A DNA stretch of 64,000 bases from the human T2T-CHM13v2.0 reference genome, Homo sapiens: NCBI RefSeq assembly GCF_009914755.1, contig NC_060927.1, one strand, 5' to 3'. Below the pieces are notes generated by a model. That model ran no database searches. It was not told where the DNA came from and saw only the letters and a list, made by a program, of their open reading frames with translations. How positions within the stretch are numbered: the first letter of the stretch is position 1; the number at the start of each line of letters is the position of its first letter. The position numbers and the translations under genes were made by a program. This document shows, one piece after another, positions 1 to 14,729 of this stretch.

Positions 1-844
1 AACCAAAGTCCTCTGAGCTCAGAGATTCTGAAACCTGTTGAAGAATTAACTTTTTATTTATGGCTTTAATGTTTGGACACAGTCATGAACCACATTTTTT
101 AAAAAACATGTTCTCTCTTCTGAATTGGAAACGATGCTTTTTGTCAATGTAAATTTCTAACAATTAGCAAATATTCAGGAGGAGCAATGGACGGTGCTTT
201 CCACTTGGAGAAGAAAGAGCCCATTGAAAGGCTACATTAGATAATATCTTCCTTTTCTCTTCTGCTAAAAGATAAAAGTCCTCCAATGCTTGAGAGAATT
301 CAAACCCAATTTTCAGAGTAAATACCATTAGAAATAAGATTTCTTTTTACTGTTGCTTTATTTTCAAAGTACCAGAAATTTTCATTTTCTTTAGTACTCA
401 AAAATTTGTGATCATTTACTTACTTAATTTTCCAGTTTCTGTCACAACATTTAACAATGCCAAATCTCCCTGTTCTGATATAAACTGCCTTCCTACTCTT
501 TTTGAGAACTCCAGGTTAAGACGGTATCAAAGTTGCTATAATGAAAATTCATTGTTATCAATAATGATAAAAATCCAACACAGTTGCAGAAAAGAAAGCA
601 GAGCTCATGATCTCTTTTTCTATAACCATAAGACCTAATGTTTATTGCTTTAATATAATAATTATACACATGATTGAAGTAATAATATCTTTTTCACTGA
701 TTTATTTAGTTATAAAACATTTATGTGTGAGGCACTGTGGGCAATGCAAAGCTTAATAAAATATGACCCCTATTCTTGGAGATGAATCAGGCATATAAAC
801 AAATATGTACTGGACAAACAGAAATGATTCATTTGAGATACATC

Positions 845-1016
845 ATGTTTCCCAGACTTGGGTATACCTAATCCCCATCCAAGGAACTTGTTTGCAAATG
901 CGGATTCCTGGGCCCACCTTCCTCAGTAAGCCAGAAATAGGGCCTAGGAATTTTCATTGTTATTAACTACTCCTAAAAGAATTCTGATGTCCCTGGTCAA
1001 GGATAACCCCTTGAGA
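845..1016. mobile_element. MER5-like hAT-Charlie DNA transposon fossil
   Basis: MER5 hallmarks: 'aaatgcggattcctgggcccacc', 'gggcctaggaat', 'attctgatgt'. Confidence 0.55.
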
Positions 1017-1151
1017 CTGTAATCAGAGAAGAGGGAGGTAATATGGTCCATTGGGGAGTACATGTGGAGATGCTGCATTTTACAAAGAACCCCAGACCCC
1101 AGAGCCTGATGCGATTGAACACAGTGGAGACATGGGCCCAGAAAAGAAGGG

Positions 1152-1960
1152 TTTTTATGGAACCAAACTGGGGTCCACCAACCCAGTGCAGTAAGACCAG
1201 GTATCTATACTGAGGTTTGCAGTGGGAGAAAGGAAGACACTTATCTGCAGGGCACCAAACAAGAACTGGTCAGCTCATGCTTAAGTCCCAACCTCCCCAG
1301 TGGCTTGCAGGTGAAGGTATTTAAAAGCAGGAGTAAATTTCAGGAGAGCAAATGCTATAGGCAAAATAGTAAATTAGTACATTGAGGTTACACATTGCTT
1401 TATGCCTAAAAGGGTGAGGTATCTTGAACTGGAGTTGGGGCATGGCTTACAGGTCATAGGTGGATTCAAAGATTTTCTGATTTGCAATTGGTTAAGGAAG
1501 AGAAGCTTTGTTTAAAAATTGGGAGTCAGCCAAAAAGAATATTAGCTCTGGCTCATGGATGTGGCTCCCTTTAGGCCCTCAGGAAGAAATTTACAAAAAA
1601 TGATGGTCAGAACTCAGACTTCAGTTTCCCCTTATCTGAGGTCTCCATGCCAGCAAAGTTATTTGGTGAGAGTCTGGGTTCCAGAAAAACAACTTAGAGA
1701 CATATATTAAGATGTTATCTTCAGTTTCTATAGGAGAACCAAACATCCCTGTGATTCCAGCTTCCTTGGCTATTGTTTAAAGCTACTATTACCTCCGTTC
1801 TTATCAAGTTGTTTATTTACTTCTTAGGGCTAGCTAGGTGCCTGAATTACCCTTGAAACTCCACCTTTCCCTTCCATATGTGGGGTGGGGGGCGGGGGTG
1901 CTTCCCAGGTCCCTAAGAGGGTGGTACCTCCTCTGTCTCCGGGTAGCTGGCAATGTGTCT
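1152..1960 (-). mobile_element. Solo ERV1 (MER4-group-like) LTR, antisense to CHL1
   Basis: Resembles reverse-strand MER4-class LTRs ('gaaccaaactggggtccac', 'ggattcaaagattttctgatttgcaattggttaagga'). Subfamily not determined. Confidence 0.6.
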
Positions 1961-2021
1961 GAGGAAGGGAATCAGGTAAACAAAGGCAATTATCTACATT
2001 TTCCCTTCCTTTATTAATTAG

Positions 2022-2123
2022 ATGTTCCGGATCCACCAGAAAACCTTCACTTGTCTGAAAGACAGAACAGGAGTGTTCGGCTGACCTGGGAAGCTGGAGC
2101 TGACCACAACAGCAATATTAGCG
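2022..2123 (+). CDS. CHL1: CHL1 coding exon (start of FnIII-1; probably exon 17 if the last exon is 28)
   Basis: Acceptor ttaattag|AT, donor AGCG|gtagga, 102 nt, phase 1-1. Translates (D)VPDPPENLHLSERQNRSVRLTWEAGADHNSNIS(E), an L1-family FnIII start. Confidence 0.95.
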
Positions 2124-2316
2124 GTAGGAAGACTTGGGATAACTGTTTTCATTACTCTAGATAGTCAAAATTAATAGCGAAGTCACTTTTTAACCACTCT
2201 TACTGGTTTATTCTTCTTATAACATCCTTTTGAACTTTTAATATTGAGTATAAATTTTGGTATAACTTATCCATACTCCATACATTCTAATATTTTTTCC
2301 CTGTTTATACTACCAG

Positions 2317-2514
2317 AGTATATTGTTGAATTTGAAGGAAACAAAGAAGAGCCTGGAAGGTGGGAGGAACTGACCAGAGTCCAAGGAAAGAAAACCACAG
2401 TTATCTTACCTTTGGCTCCATTTGTGAGATACCAGTTCAGGGTCATAGCCGTGAACGAAGTAGGGAGAAGTCAGCCTAGCCAGCCGTCAGACCATCATGA
2501 AACACCACCAGCAG
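2317..2514 (+). CDS. CHL1: CHL1 coding exon (FnIII-1 second half)
   Basis: taccag|AG ... GCAG|gtatgc, 198 nt. EYIVEFEGNKEEPGRWEELTRVQGKKTTVILPLAPFVRYQFRVIAVNEVGRSQPSQPSDHHETPPA, contained in ORF 2244..2543. Confidence 0.97.
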
Positions 2515-3658
2515 GTATGCAGGTTCTCACATCAGGTTTCTAACAAAATATTTGTTTGTCCCCATCTTTGAACATCTAAAAAAAAAAGATTGATAGAGTA
2601 ATGTAGGATTTTAGATTTCTCCAAATAGTGTTAACAGTTCTCTAAACAGCACACAAAATATTCAAAGCACACAAGTTTCAGAAGTGTTACATACGAGTTC
2701 GATAAAAGCAGGAAATTAGGGGAGTGACATATGAAAAAAAAACATTACTTTCAGTAATTTTGTGATGGCTAAATATCAAGTTTAACCAGATATCATCAAG
2801 TAAGTTCTAAATTAAAATTCAATATGTATGCATCTAACATTATTAATTTTTATGCATTCAGTGTCTTTTCTTGTGTCTCAACATCAATCTAAATTTCCAA
2901 GATGCGTTTGAAAAAATCTCAAGGATGACTGCTAAAATTTGTATTACTGAATTGTTATTGATCATCAATGTGGTCATAGCATGATATTTTATTTTTCCTT
3001 GGCTAAAATAAATACTCTAGGACATAATTTCCTTTTTGGACTGAGAAAAAGCAAGTGAAGGTTATAACTGGATCAGATAGAAATTAACACTTGTGTGATT
3101 TTAGTGCATGTCAACCTTTGCACTAAACTCCACATTTAGCTATTTCTAATAAAACGAATCCATCTAAAAATATTCATGACTACTGTACAGGTTTTATTCA
3201 TTTTGATGTCCTTAAAACTTGGCTGCTGATATTAATACATGGTGTTTACTTTATTCTTCTACAGGCAAATATTCACAACATATGTTTCTAATGACAATTC
3301 TAATAGAAAAAATAGAGCAGGCTTAAATTAAAATTTTTTTTAAAAAAAGCAGGTTCAGAATTTTAAAAAGCAGTTTTAAAAATTTTAAAAGCAGATTCAA
3401 AATTAAGACACATATACTAAACCATCTACTCTCCACTGGATAATAATTATTTCACTCCAAGAAGACTGTTTTACTCTTTTAAATAAAATACATATTTAAA
3501 ATCTACCTTAAATCTTTTTAGGAACTGGACCAGATATAAATTAATAAGTACAATCAAACTTACTTAATTATCTGTGTTTTTGGGGGGCAGGAGTTGTGAT
3601 ATGATGACTTACCTATGGGTTAAAAGGAAAAATAATGTTAATGTTTTTAATTTTTCAG

Positions 3659-3729
3659 CTCCAGATAGGAATCCACAAAACATAAGGGTTCAAGCCTCTC
3701 AACCCAAGGAAATGATTATAAAGTGGGAG
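3659..3729 (+). CDS. CHL1: CHL1 coding exon (FnIII-2 start)
   Basis: tttttcag|CT ... GAG|gtgtgt, 71 nt, phase 1-0. (A)PDRNPQNIRVQASQPKEMIIKWE. Confidence 0.95.
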
Positions 3730-5338
3730 GTGTGTATTTCTTAATACGTTATGTATTTCTTTGTGCTTTTCTCTTCCTCTTAGGTCTGCATGCTAACTAC
3801 AATGATAGCACAACATTTTTTTAAGAACAAAGATAAGATTTGGAAATGAAATTAACTTGTGAGTCATCATCACAAATTTTAAAGATCATTGTGATTAAAA
3901 TGATGTTATGAAATCGAGTTTAACACTGGTCAACAATTTAGGGAAGATTATACAGATTGATTTAGTTGTAATACATTACCGAAGTTTCAAATTATTAATA
4001 ATTTAATTAACAATATTCTAGATTCTCTTCCATTCAAAAAATAATGAAAATCTTTAATTAATTTAGTATAATCTACTAGATATTATGCATATCAAACTGA
4101 TGAACCCCCATAAAGTATTCACTACTCATTAAACACCAGTAGACATTTTGTATTCTCCTTTCTAGTAATTCTGAGGATGGTCTTGTGAAGAAAGCGTCAT
4201 GAACGCCTTATTCTAGATCTGGAGATGGCATCCAGGATTATGAATGTCTTGCCCATCACCACACAACCAGAAATCCGCAAAGCTAGGATTTATGTATGAG
4301 GATCTTTGGACTCCAAACCTCACTTTTTCCTCCTTTACATATCTCGGTTAAATGTTATTAAATAGACTTCACCATTTGAATTTTGCATAAAAATGTCCAT
4401 CTACCCAGATAATTTTAATTATTCTAGGGTCATTTCCAAATTTCTTCTGTAACAGTGGGGCATTTTATTTTCTCTCTACTACTTGGATGTATTTAATGAC
4501 CAGTATATTGGCCTACCTAAAAGGAAATTATCATTCAACCATTCTGATGAGTAATAGGCCTCCAACATTGAATTTATAAAATTTTGTGTAAACATAGAAC
4601 ATTTTTAATGTATGCTGAAATATACTAATTTATTTCCACAATTCATTCCAGGTATAATTTTTGGGAGAATTTTAGAATGCACAAAGTTTAGTTTGCTTTT
4701 TATCCTCATATGTTGGTCTTTGTACTCATTACACAATCACATGGCCCATACCTGCAAAATATTTAGTCAATATTTTTTAGATCAAAATTAGATCTTTATT
4801 TCCACTTCAGTGAAATTAAGTTTTACAAGTTTAAGATGTGGAAAACTTTTTTTAAAATGGTAATACATAGAAATGAAATATATTCAATAATATTATTTCT
4901 TTCCTTGAATGTGTGGTTATAGTTACTACTACATTGTCTTGATAATTACTTAATTTATAGTCTAAAATGATGTTAGTCTTTTAGGGTGTATCTGTATTAT
5001 CCTCCCTTAAGTTCCATAGAAATTTTCATAAAGTAGATAATATAGTTGGTTAGATATCAGTAATACTGTGTATTTGCCAGTCAGTTCCTCAGAGAAGCAC
5101 ATCATGTTCCAGTAACATTAGCTCATTAATCCTCACTACTCCTTTGGGAGGGCTGTGGTCCATGATGGTGTCAGTCTTATATGTCATAAAGAGAAACTGG
5201 GAATCTCAGAGTTTAATGACCTCACCCAGATGCCATGGGCTGAGTCATATGGAAAAAAGGCCAGAAATCTTCAGTCTTTTTGACTGCTCCTCTCACTCAT
5301 AAGTCATTTTTTATTACCCCAAAGATACACAAGATTGA

Positions 5339-5735
<397 letters not shown>

Positions 5736-6659
5736 TTAATTGACTAGAGGAAGGAAGTAGTCACAGGATTTGGATCTAGGCTGACAGTTACATTGCCAAT
5801 ATGTCCCATGGTGTCTCCTATTATCTTGATGTGTCAGAGATCTAATCACTACTGACACAGCCAGTGAAGTTTAAGAACATTCATTCACTGAGTATGGTTC
5901 TGTATGGATCATCCTGCGGAAAGGAGTTAGACTCCAGGTTTTTCCCAGTTTCACAATCAGATAGTATTGTGAATGAATTACCAGACCCCCTCCAGAGATG
6001 TACTAGAAATAATTCCTATCTACATGATAATGGTCAGAGAGACATAATTTGAAAAAAAAAAAAAAAAGCTGATCTTTCCCAAAAGAATTAACAATGAAGA
6101 TGAGCAGTAGGAACAGACTGGACATCCCTAATTTTTGTTTATTTGTTTATGTTTTACATTTAACATTAAACATGATTCAATTTAAAGTAACATTACAATT
6201 TAACTTAATGGTAGAACTAGGCTTTTTAGTTAGCATTACCTTCAGACATTCACTTCTCATATATTAAGTCGGTCATGACTGACTCATATATTTTGAGTGT
6301 TCGAACATCATAATGTTCTACTTGCAAAACAGGACAAAAGAGTCTACTGCAACCTTATCAGTTAAATACCTGTATCAGGATAATTTTTGCTTGAGAGTTT
6401 CCATTGTTCTTAAGCATATGTATGTGAATTTTTAACTTTGCTCAGCAAAATAACACATTTCAAACTTAAAGGACACCAAAAACAAAACCAAAAGCCCAAA
6501 ACCCCACTAATGTTGGGAAGCAGGAACATCTTTAATTACCTGGTTATATAATCGCATCCAAGATAGTTAACTCCTAATGGATCTAGGTTTTATTATTTAT
6601 AATACAAGTATAATAAGAAGACCTACTGGCTTTAAAATGAAAATAAGTGGAATTAAATG

Positions 6660-6885
6660 AAATATTGTATAACATAATGACTATAGTAGATAACAATGTA
6701 TTGTATTCTTGAAAATTGTTGAGAGACTAGGTTTTAAGTGTTCTCATCATAAAAAATAAGTATATGAAGTAACATATATTTTGAGTAGCTCAATTTAGCC
6801 ACTCCACAATGTATACATATTTCAAAACATGTTGTACATAATAAGTAGATACAATTTTTGTTTCTCAAGAATAAATAAAAATGTT
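6660..6885 (+). mobile_element. L1MA-type LINE-1 3' end fragment
   Basis: 'actatagtagataacaatgtattgtattcttgaaaattg...ttccacaatgtatacatatttcaaaacat'-like L1MA 3'UTR with A-rich end. Confidence 0.8.
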
Positions 6886-8064
6886 CAACAATTTTTTAAA
6901 AAATGGAATCAAGGCAGGACGGCAGTCTTTCTGTTTTCTAGATTAATAATTATAACCTTGCTTGGGTCATAGATCTCTTTGAAACTATGTTGGACGTACA
7001 AGCTCTTTTTCTAGAAAATTACACACAAAAAGTCATACTAACAATATCATTGGTTTCTCAGATCCTCTAAAGGATACACATGTACCCCATCTAGAGATTC
7101 CTACACCCCACGTTAAGAACCTCTTTTCTAAAGACTCCTTCCTCGTGGGCTCCTTCACGAGAGGCAGAGGGAAGGGAAGGCTGGTGGCCTCTTCCTGCTT
7201 ACTCTGCCCTGGCTCCTTTTGTTCTTTCTTGAAGAGATTATTTGGGAAATGTCTGAGGCTCAGTAGGCATTGCCTTCAAGTCAAATACAAAGCATTCAGG
7301 CTGTTTATTTGGGTTCCCAGGTACTAAAAAGGCCGATAATATAGCTAAAATATTTTTGTTTAAAGTGTTATGGTTTATTATTTATTTATTTAAAATTTGT
7401 CAGAGAACTTTATTAAATTTAACTCCTTTCTTTGGAGCAAAATGTGTAAAATGAATAATATTATTTGCACACACTTATTGTCAGCAGAGACTGAAGAAAA
7501 CTATCATTCCAGATTGCAGTACGGCACTACAAGCCCATGGCCTAATTCACTGGGACAATGCTAAAGCCCCTGGTGAATTTATATCCATTTCACACTCTAA
7601 AATATCTTGGAGCAAAACTTTCCAATGAATCCAAGTATTAACAAGGTCTGCAGAAAATCTCAGAAAGTTTTCATTTTGTTTTGATTTTTTTTTTCCCTCA
7701 GTTAGTTTAGTTTATTCACCTTGGAATAGGAATACACTTAAAATTATTTTGCTGATATGTCACTACCCTTTCAACTTAATTCCAAGCAATGCCTCTAATA
7801 AGTGTTTTAGTAAATTAGATTAAGTTGAGAAGGATTACAGATTCTGTAAGAACACTATGTATGACATTGTTGACTCACTCACATATCCAGAGAAAATTAC
7901 TGTTTATATAAGTGAACCTTAAATTTAGGATTAAAATCGTATTTTAAACTTATTTTATATAACTGATTCATTTCAATGCACAATCCCATTATCTTTGAAA
8001 GCTAAACAGGCAGTTTAAACCACATTATTGTTTTTAAATTAAAGTGTTGCTCAATTAAAAACTA

Positions 8065-8424
<360 letters not shown>

Positions 8425-9090
8425 TTATTCCTCCAAATATTTCTATGGAGAAAAATAAAGTGGGTAAGGGTGACATTTTTTCTTAAAGAAAAATAAAGAA
8501 TGGTCAAGGAGCTGGGAAATTATAAGAAAGAGGAGCTACTTTTTTTTGTATTAAAATATGAACATTCATATTCTCCAAAAATATTTACATGATCTCTCTC
8601 TTCTTATAGAAGAAAAATGGAGAAGGATAGAACCAGGTGCAAGAAAGAGTTCTCTTCAAAAAGCCATGGGAGAATCCCATTCACAACCAAAGAATTCGTG
8701 GCCATATTATTTTTTATTTCAGCCTGTTCTTTGAAAATGAAAAGGCGGAATGTAGTGGAAAGCATAAGCAAAAAGCTAAAACACTTTGTGGAATTTCTTT
8801 GTAACTTCCTTCGTGTGTAAAAACTTAAGACTTTACCACGAGGACATAATCCAGGCATCTGATTGTAGGCTTCTCGTTACTTGGGGGTTAAGGGATTAAT
8901 TTTCATACTTAAGCTCATATGATGACAAAACTTTTTCACAACTGTCTCTAAACCAAGAAGGGGGATTTAAGATCTCTCAACAAATGACCATTTCATTACA
9001 TTGTTCCTTATTCCACTTAGGGTGGTTCACCATCATCTCTGAGTCAACACATCTGTGATCAGACTAAATGAGTCTTGCCTTCTGTTTTAG

Positions 9091-9313
9091 CCTTTGAAAT
9101 CCATGGAGCAGAATGGACCAGGCCTAGAGTACAGAGTGACCTGGAAGCCACAGGGAGCCCCAGTGGAGTGGGAAGAAGAAACAGTCACAAACCACACATT
9201 GCGGGTGATGACGCCTGCTGTCTATGCCCCTTATGATGTCAAGGTCCAGGCTATCAATCAACTAGGATCTGGGCCTGACCCTCAGTCAGTGACTCTCTAT
9301 TCTGGAGAAGACT
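9091..9313 (+). CDS. CHL1: CHL1 coding exon (FnIII-2 second half)
   Basis: ttttag|CCT ... GACT|gtaagt, 223 nt. PLKSMEQNGPGLEYRVTWKPQGAPVEWEEETVTNHTLRVMTPAVYAPYDVKVQAINQLGSGPDPQSVTLYSGED. Confidence 0.97.
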
Positions 9314-10084
9314 GTAAGTGATGCACCTAAAACTGCTAAGCACGTCAGTAACTGTTGCTTTCAAATATATTGTACTTCAATCAACAAATATTTGTGAACA
9401 ACTACTGCATGCAAAGAGGATGTACTAGCCGTGGGAGATAAAAACAAATATAACACATGACTTCTATCTTAGGATTGATTGTAGGACAGTTGATCGTATA
9501 GAGTACCAAGGAAGTATGCTGAAAGTTTTCATTTTATTCAGTTTCCTATAAAGCTCTTTCTACATTGAAAATTGAAGACCTGGAATTATCACTGCAATCA
9601 TTTAAAGCAGCATAACTGTCATAAGATTTTCAAGTACATCTGCCCTTTGCCCTTACTTGTCAAGGATCCCCTAAGAGCCACTTGCTCTCATGCCCTGGGC
9701 TTCAGTGGCATGTCTGGAGCTTTCCTAATACTGATGAGATATATACCCAGATTTATATGTAGAATTATATGCACACACACCTTCTGATGCCATAGTAACT
9801 GCTGCAAATAGGTTATTGGAAGAAGAAAAAAACACTGCATTCTGTATTGCTAATACTGTGAATAATATTAGGGGTTATTCTCATTGCCTTTCCAGTATCT
9901 AAAGGAATAATTTGATCCAAAAATAGAAAAGGTTCAGAATGAGAAATAGCCAACTCATTACTCACCTGCCGTCTAAATTCTTCTACCCAAATAAAAGCAC
10001 ACAAAACACATATCACATGTGAATTAAGATAGTATTAGCCTTGACTGCTCTGTATTTGGCTTATTACTCTGTAGTAAGAACTCC

Positions 10085-10198
10085 TGTAGAACAGAGATAA
10101 TAATATCCTCTTCACAGGGTTGTATGAACCAATTTAGGTAAGTCCCTTAGAACAGTGCCTGACACATAGCATATGCTCAAATGTTAGCTGTTATTAAT
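10085..10198 (+). mobile_element. MIR fragment
   Basis: MIR 3' core 'cttagaacagtgcctgacacatag...tgctcaaatgttagctgttatt'. Confidence 0.75.
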
Positions 10199-10539
10199 AT
10201 TTGATTAACAAAATTCCTGACCAATTTTATTTATATTACTAGTTTAATTCACTTGCTTCCAAAGGCAAGATGCCCACAGAATAGTTTCTGGTTTTATTTA
10301 TCCACATTGTATCTATCTGGAGGGCTTTGTTTCTCAGTGTGATACAGTCTGTCCTCTTCTTTGGGAAATCTATTTGGGCTGATAAACTTATCTATCATGA
10401 GAAACTCTTTTGGTTCCATTTGGAGTGAATTTCACAAAAGTGCTTTCTCCAGAAGAAACATTATGAAAATTTTTGAAAAGGATCCTAACAATCACATTTG
10501 CAGGTTATTGAAAACTAATCAATCTTCTATGATTAACAG

Positions 10540-10655
10540 ATCCTGATACAGCTCCAGTGATCCATGGGGTGGACGTTATAAACAGTACATTAGTTAAAGT
10601 TACCTGGTCAACAGTTCCAAAGGACAGAGTACATGGACGTCTGAAAGGCTATCAG
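10540..10655 (+). CDS. CHL1: CHL1 coding exon (FnIII-3 start)
   Basis: taacag|AT ... CAG|gttttt (weak donor), 116 nt. (Y)PDTAPVIHGVDVINSTLVKVTWSTVPKDRVHGRLKGYQ. Confidence 0.94.
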
Positions 10656-10793
10656 GTTTTTATCATCATGGTTTTTCCTCTTCTTGTTGAATTGGTATCT
10701 TTCCTGAGAATAAAGAAGAATTGATTTCAGAAGAAGTCAAAGAGAATCTGCGACCACAATGGATATACTAAAAGATTTTGGTTTTCATTGCAG

Positions 10794-10998
10794 ATAAATT
10801 GGTGGAAAACAAAAAGTCTGTTGGATGGAAGAACACATCCCAAAGAAGTGAACATTCTAAGATTTTCAGGACAAAGAAACTCTGGAATGGTTCCTTCCTT
10901 AGATGCCTTTAGTGAATTTCATTTAACAGTCTTAGCCTATAACTCTAAAGGAGCTGGTCCTGAAAGTGAGCCTTATATATTTCAAACACCAGAAGGAG
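10794..10998 (+). CDS. CHL1: CHL1 coding exon (FnIII-3 second half)
   Basis: ttgcag|ATA ... GGAG|gtgaga, 205 nt. INWWKTKSLLDGRTHPKEVNILRFSGQRNSGMVPSLDAFSEFHLTVLAYNSKGAGPESEPYIFQTPEG. Confidence 0.97.
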
Positions 10999-11056
10999 GT
11001 GAGAGGATAATGATGTAGAGTCATGTCAAAAATGGAGGTGATCCATGGCCATATTA

Positions 11057-11370
<314 letters not shown>

Positions 11371-11513
11371 TAAACATTATTCCTTATTAGTAGTTAATTA
11401 ATATTTACTTCAGATGAGTTTGCTTGTCAATTTCTATAAAATTTATAATATAATAAGGCTTTTTTGAATTTTTCTAATTGATGTGAGTTTATTTTTGGTC
11501 TTGTGTTTTCTAG

Positions 11514-11636
11514 TACCTGAACAGCCAACTTTTCTAAAGGTCATCAAAGTTGATAAAGACACTGCCACTTTATCTTGGGGACTACCTAAGAAATTAAATG
11601 GAAACTTAACTGGCTATCTTTTGCAATATCAGATAA
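11514..11636 (+). CDS. CHL1: CHL1 coding exon (FnIII-4 start)
   Basis: ttttctag|TA ... ATAA|gtaagt, 123 nt. (V)PEQPTFLKVIKVDKDTATLSWGLPKKLNGNLTGYLLQYQI. Confidence 0.96.
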
Positions 11637-11767
11637 GTAAGTAGAAATTTGAATTGGAGTTAACTTGTTAATGTTTCATTTTTTGGTTGAATATTCTCTG
11701 TGCTATGTTGGGAGTCTAATGATCACTTAAGGCCATGGTTTGTAAGCTGCCGTTCTTCCTTGTAGCC

Positions 11768-11984
11768 CAGGGGTCTGTAAACTGGCTTGCAGGCCAAATT
11801 CAGCCTGCTGCCTGTTTTTAGGAATAAAGTTTTATGACGACATGGCCATGTCCACTTATTTATATATGTCTACAGCTACTTTCTCCCTGGAGTGGCAAAG
11901 TTGAGTCATCTCAATGGAGACTACACAGCCTACAAAGGCTAAATGTTTACCGTCTGGCCCTTTAATGAAAGGTTTGCTTACCTG
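11768..11984. mobile_element. MER58A-like hAT-Charlie element
   Basis: 'caggggtctgtaaact...caggccaaattcagcctgctgcctgtttt...aataaagtttta...tttaccgtctggcccttt...tttgc'. Confidence 0.8.
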
Positions 11985-12839
11985 TTTTAGAAAAAAAGCA
12001 GTGTGCTGATGGGTACACAAAACACGTGTTTAATGTTTATATATAAGATGTTTGGAGAAGTAGGAAACATGTGAAAGAGTTATTGAGTGATGTGATGGAG
12101 ATTCAAAGCACAGGTACCTTCCACGCTACCTCTTCTGCCTCAGATATATGCTCCCAGACTCAATCCTAAATATGCTTGTGTTTATCCAATGTCTATGGGT
12201 TGCTCACTGTTTCATGGAGATGATATTGCAAGGACTAAATAATTGTCTTTGGATCATGACTCAGAATGGGCTCTGCCCAGATGCTGCTGTGCGACTAGAG
12301 TAACGTGAATGTGTTTAGATGAGATCAGGTCGTTTTTAATAGCAGCGCGTTCCCTCTGAAACAGTCGTCAAGTTTAAGCATCATCTCAAAATGGAAATTC
12401 GGGGATTGACATTATAGAAAATTTTATCAACAACCCATCATGAAAATTTTAGGCTTTCAAGACATCAATTCCCAAAACACCAGAAATACAGAGACCCAGC
12501 ACACACTGCTTACTAGTCAACTTGATCATAGTCCTGTTGTGCTACTTTCACATCAGCTCAAGACTTCCAGCAATCCAGGTCACGTATTTGCTTTAGTTTT
12601 TGATGGTTTCTGCTGAAATTAGCACGTATGTTTAAATACATACAGGCATAATCCCAACGGAAGTAGACTTTAGCACTTTTACGTGCTTGCTAAGTAGCAG
12701 GATCAATACTAAGTGTATCTCTTTGCATTGTGCCATTAAAATAAGAAATCTATTAGAAATGTACTATCACTATTTTATGAATGAGGGAATTGATGTACAT
12801 CGAGTATACTCAGAGTCAAGTAGTAAAATAAGTGTTAAG

Positions 12840-13107
<268 letters not shown>

Positions 13108-14249
13108 TTAAGAATGCAAAGCAAGATCAGTCCAATTCTAGATGTTGAGCTCTTAACCTTATATTAGTCGATGAACTGGTTTTCAAAAAAATTGTAAGAA
13201 CTGCAGAAATATTTTAAGATTCTTTTAAATGTCAATTTGTTTGGTAAAGATATAACTTCTCCTTATCCTAACAATAGGAAACTCAACTAATTAAATTCCC
13301 ACCTTCATATTGATCCATATGTGACATTTACGTTTATTTAAAAACAAGTTCTTAGAATATAGAAGTTGAAATATTAACAATTGTAATGATTATTGAACTG
13401 CTTGATATGTGTATTTTAAAATAAAATAATATATAATTATTTTGCTTTCTATTAATATTAATTGATCAAGACATTTTAGGTAGTTTACCTTTTTCTTATT
13501 GCTTTTAGATATTTTAAATTGTTGCAATTTATATGTATGAGAGCTCTATGTATACTCTCCTGAATTCTTATATTGATTGTAGTAGTTTTTCAATTGACTT
13601 TGTGGTCATTCACAATTATGTGTTCAAAAAATCTAAAAAAGTGATGATTTCACCTCCTTCTTTCCAATGTTTGAATGCCTAGTTTGTTTGTTTTTTCTTT
13701 TCATTGATTTGAATTGCATTTTTATGGACCAAGGAAGGCATTTTTATGTCAATAATAAATGCATTTTTTTAACCTCTATGGTATCTTGGACTGGGAGTCA
13801 AGAGGATTTATTCTACATTCTTTCTTGCCACTAACAGCTGCACTATCTTGGGTGTATTTCATCTCTTGGACTATTGTTACAGTAATCTTATAATACTCCA
13901 TACTCTTACACAAATCTCATGTCTTTGCTGGGTTCCAAATTCTTTGAAAGAAGCTGTCTATCTGATTCAGCTTTTTACAGTGAGCACTTTACATAGTACT
14001 TAGTACACAGTAGATATTCTTAAATATTTAATATATTCCTTCATTTATTGATTCTATGTATACTGAGTAGCTATTTGGTGCCACATGTTAAACTAGAAAC
14101 CATAGAAGACACAAATAAATTATCATCTCAATTATTCTTCCAAAAGGAAATTATAATACTTAAGTCAAAGATACAATGAAAATATAGCAATGGGGAAAAT
14201 TCATTATTATTAATGTGTATTATGAAGCTGGAGCAGCTGGCTCCAATAT

Positions 14250-14480
14250 AGCACAGGGATTAAAGACGTTTCTCTGGGGTCAAAAGGCCATGGTTTGGAT
14301 TCAAATCCCAGTCTGCAAATTTAGAGACCCAAGATGGGAGCAAAGGGCTTATTCTTGCGAGACCTCAGTTTTGTCATATATGATATAGTCATAGTAGTTG
14401 TATGTACCTCATAGGATTAAATGAGTTGATGGTTATGAATCATTAATGTATCTTTACGTACCACAAGCATAAGGAGAAAT
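14250..14480 (+). mobile_element. MIR (degenerate)
   Basis: 'agcacagggattaaagac...ttcaaatcccagtct...cctcagtttt...tacctcataggattaaatgag'. Confidence 0.65.
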
Positions 14481-14549
14481 GAAAATAATGAAGAATGCAA
14501 CTTGAATGGTTAAATACATTTGAGCTGTTGTTCATGTTTATTTTTTTAG

Positions 14550-14729
14550 TAAATGACACCTACGAGATTGGAGAATTAAATGATATTAACATTACAACTC
14601 CATCAAAGCCCAGCTGGCACCTCTCAAACCTGAATGCAACTACCAAGTACAAATTCTACTTGAGGGCTTGCACTTCACAGGGCTGTGGAAAACCGATCAC
14701 GGAGGAAAGCTCCACCTTAGGAGAAGGGA
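14550..14729 (+). CDS. CHL1: CHL1 coding exon (FnIII-4 second half)
   Basis: tttttag|TA ... GGGA|gtaagt, 180 nt. (I)NDTYEIGELNDINITTPSKPSWHLSNLNATTKYKFYLRACTSQGCGKPITEESSTLGEG. Confidence 0.97.
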
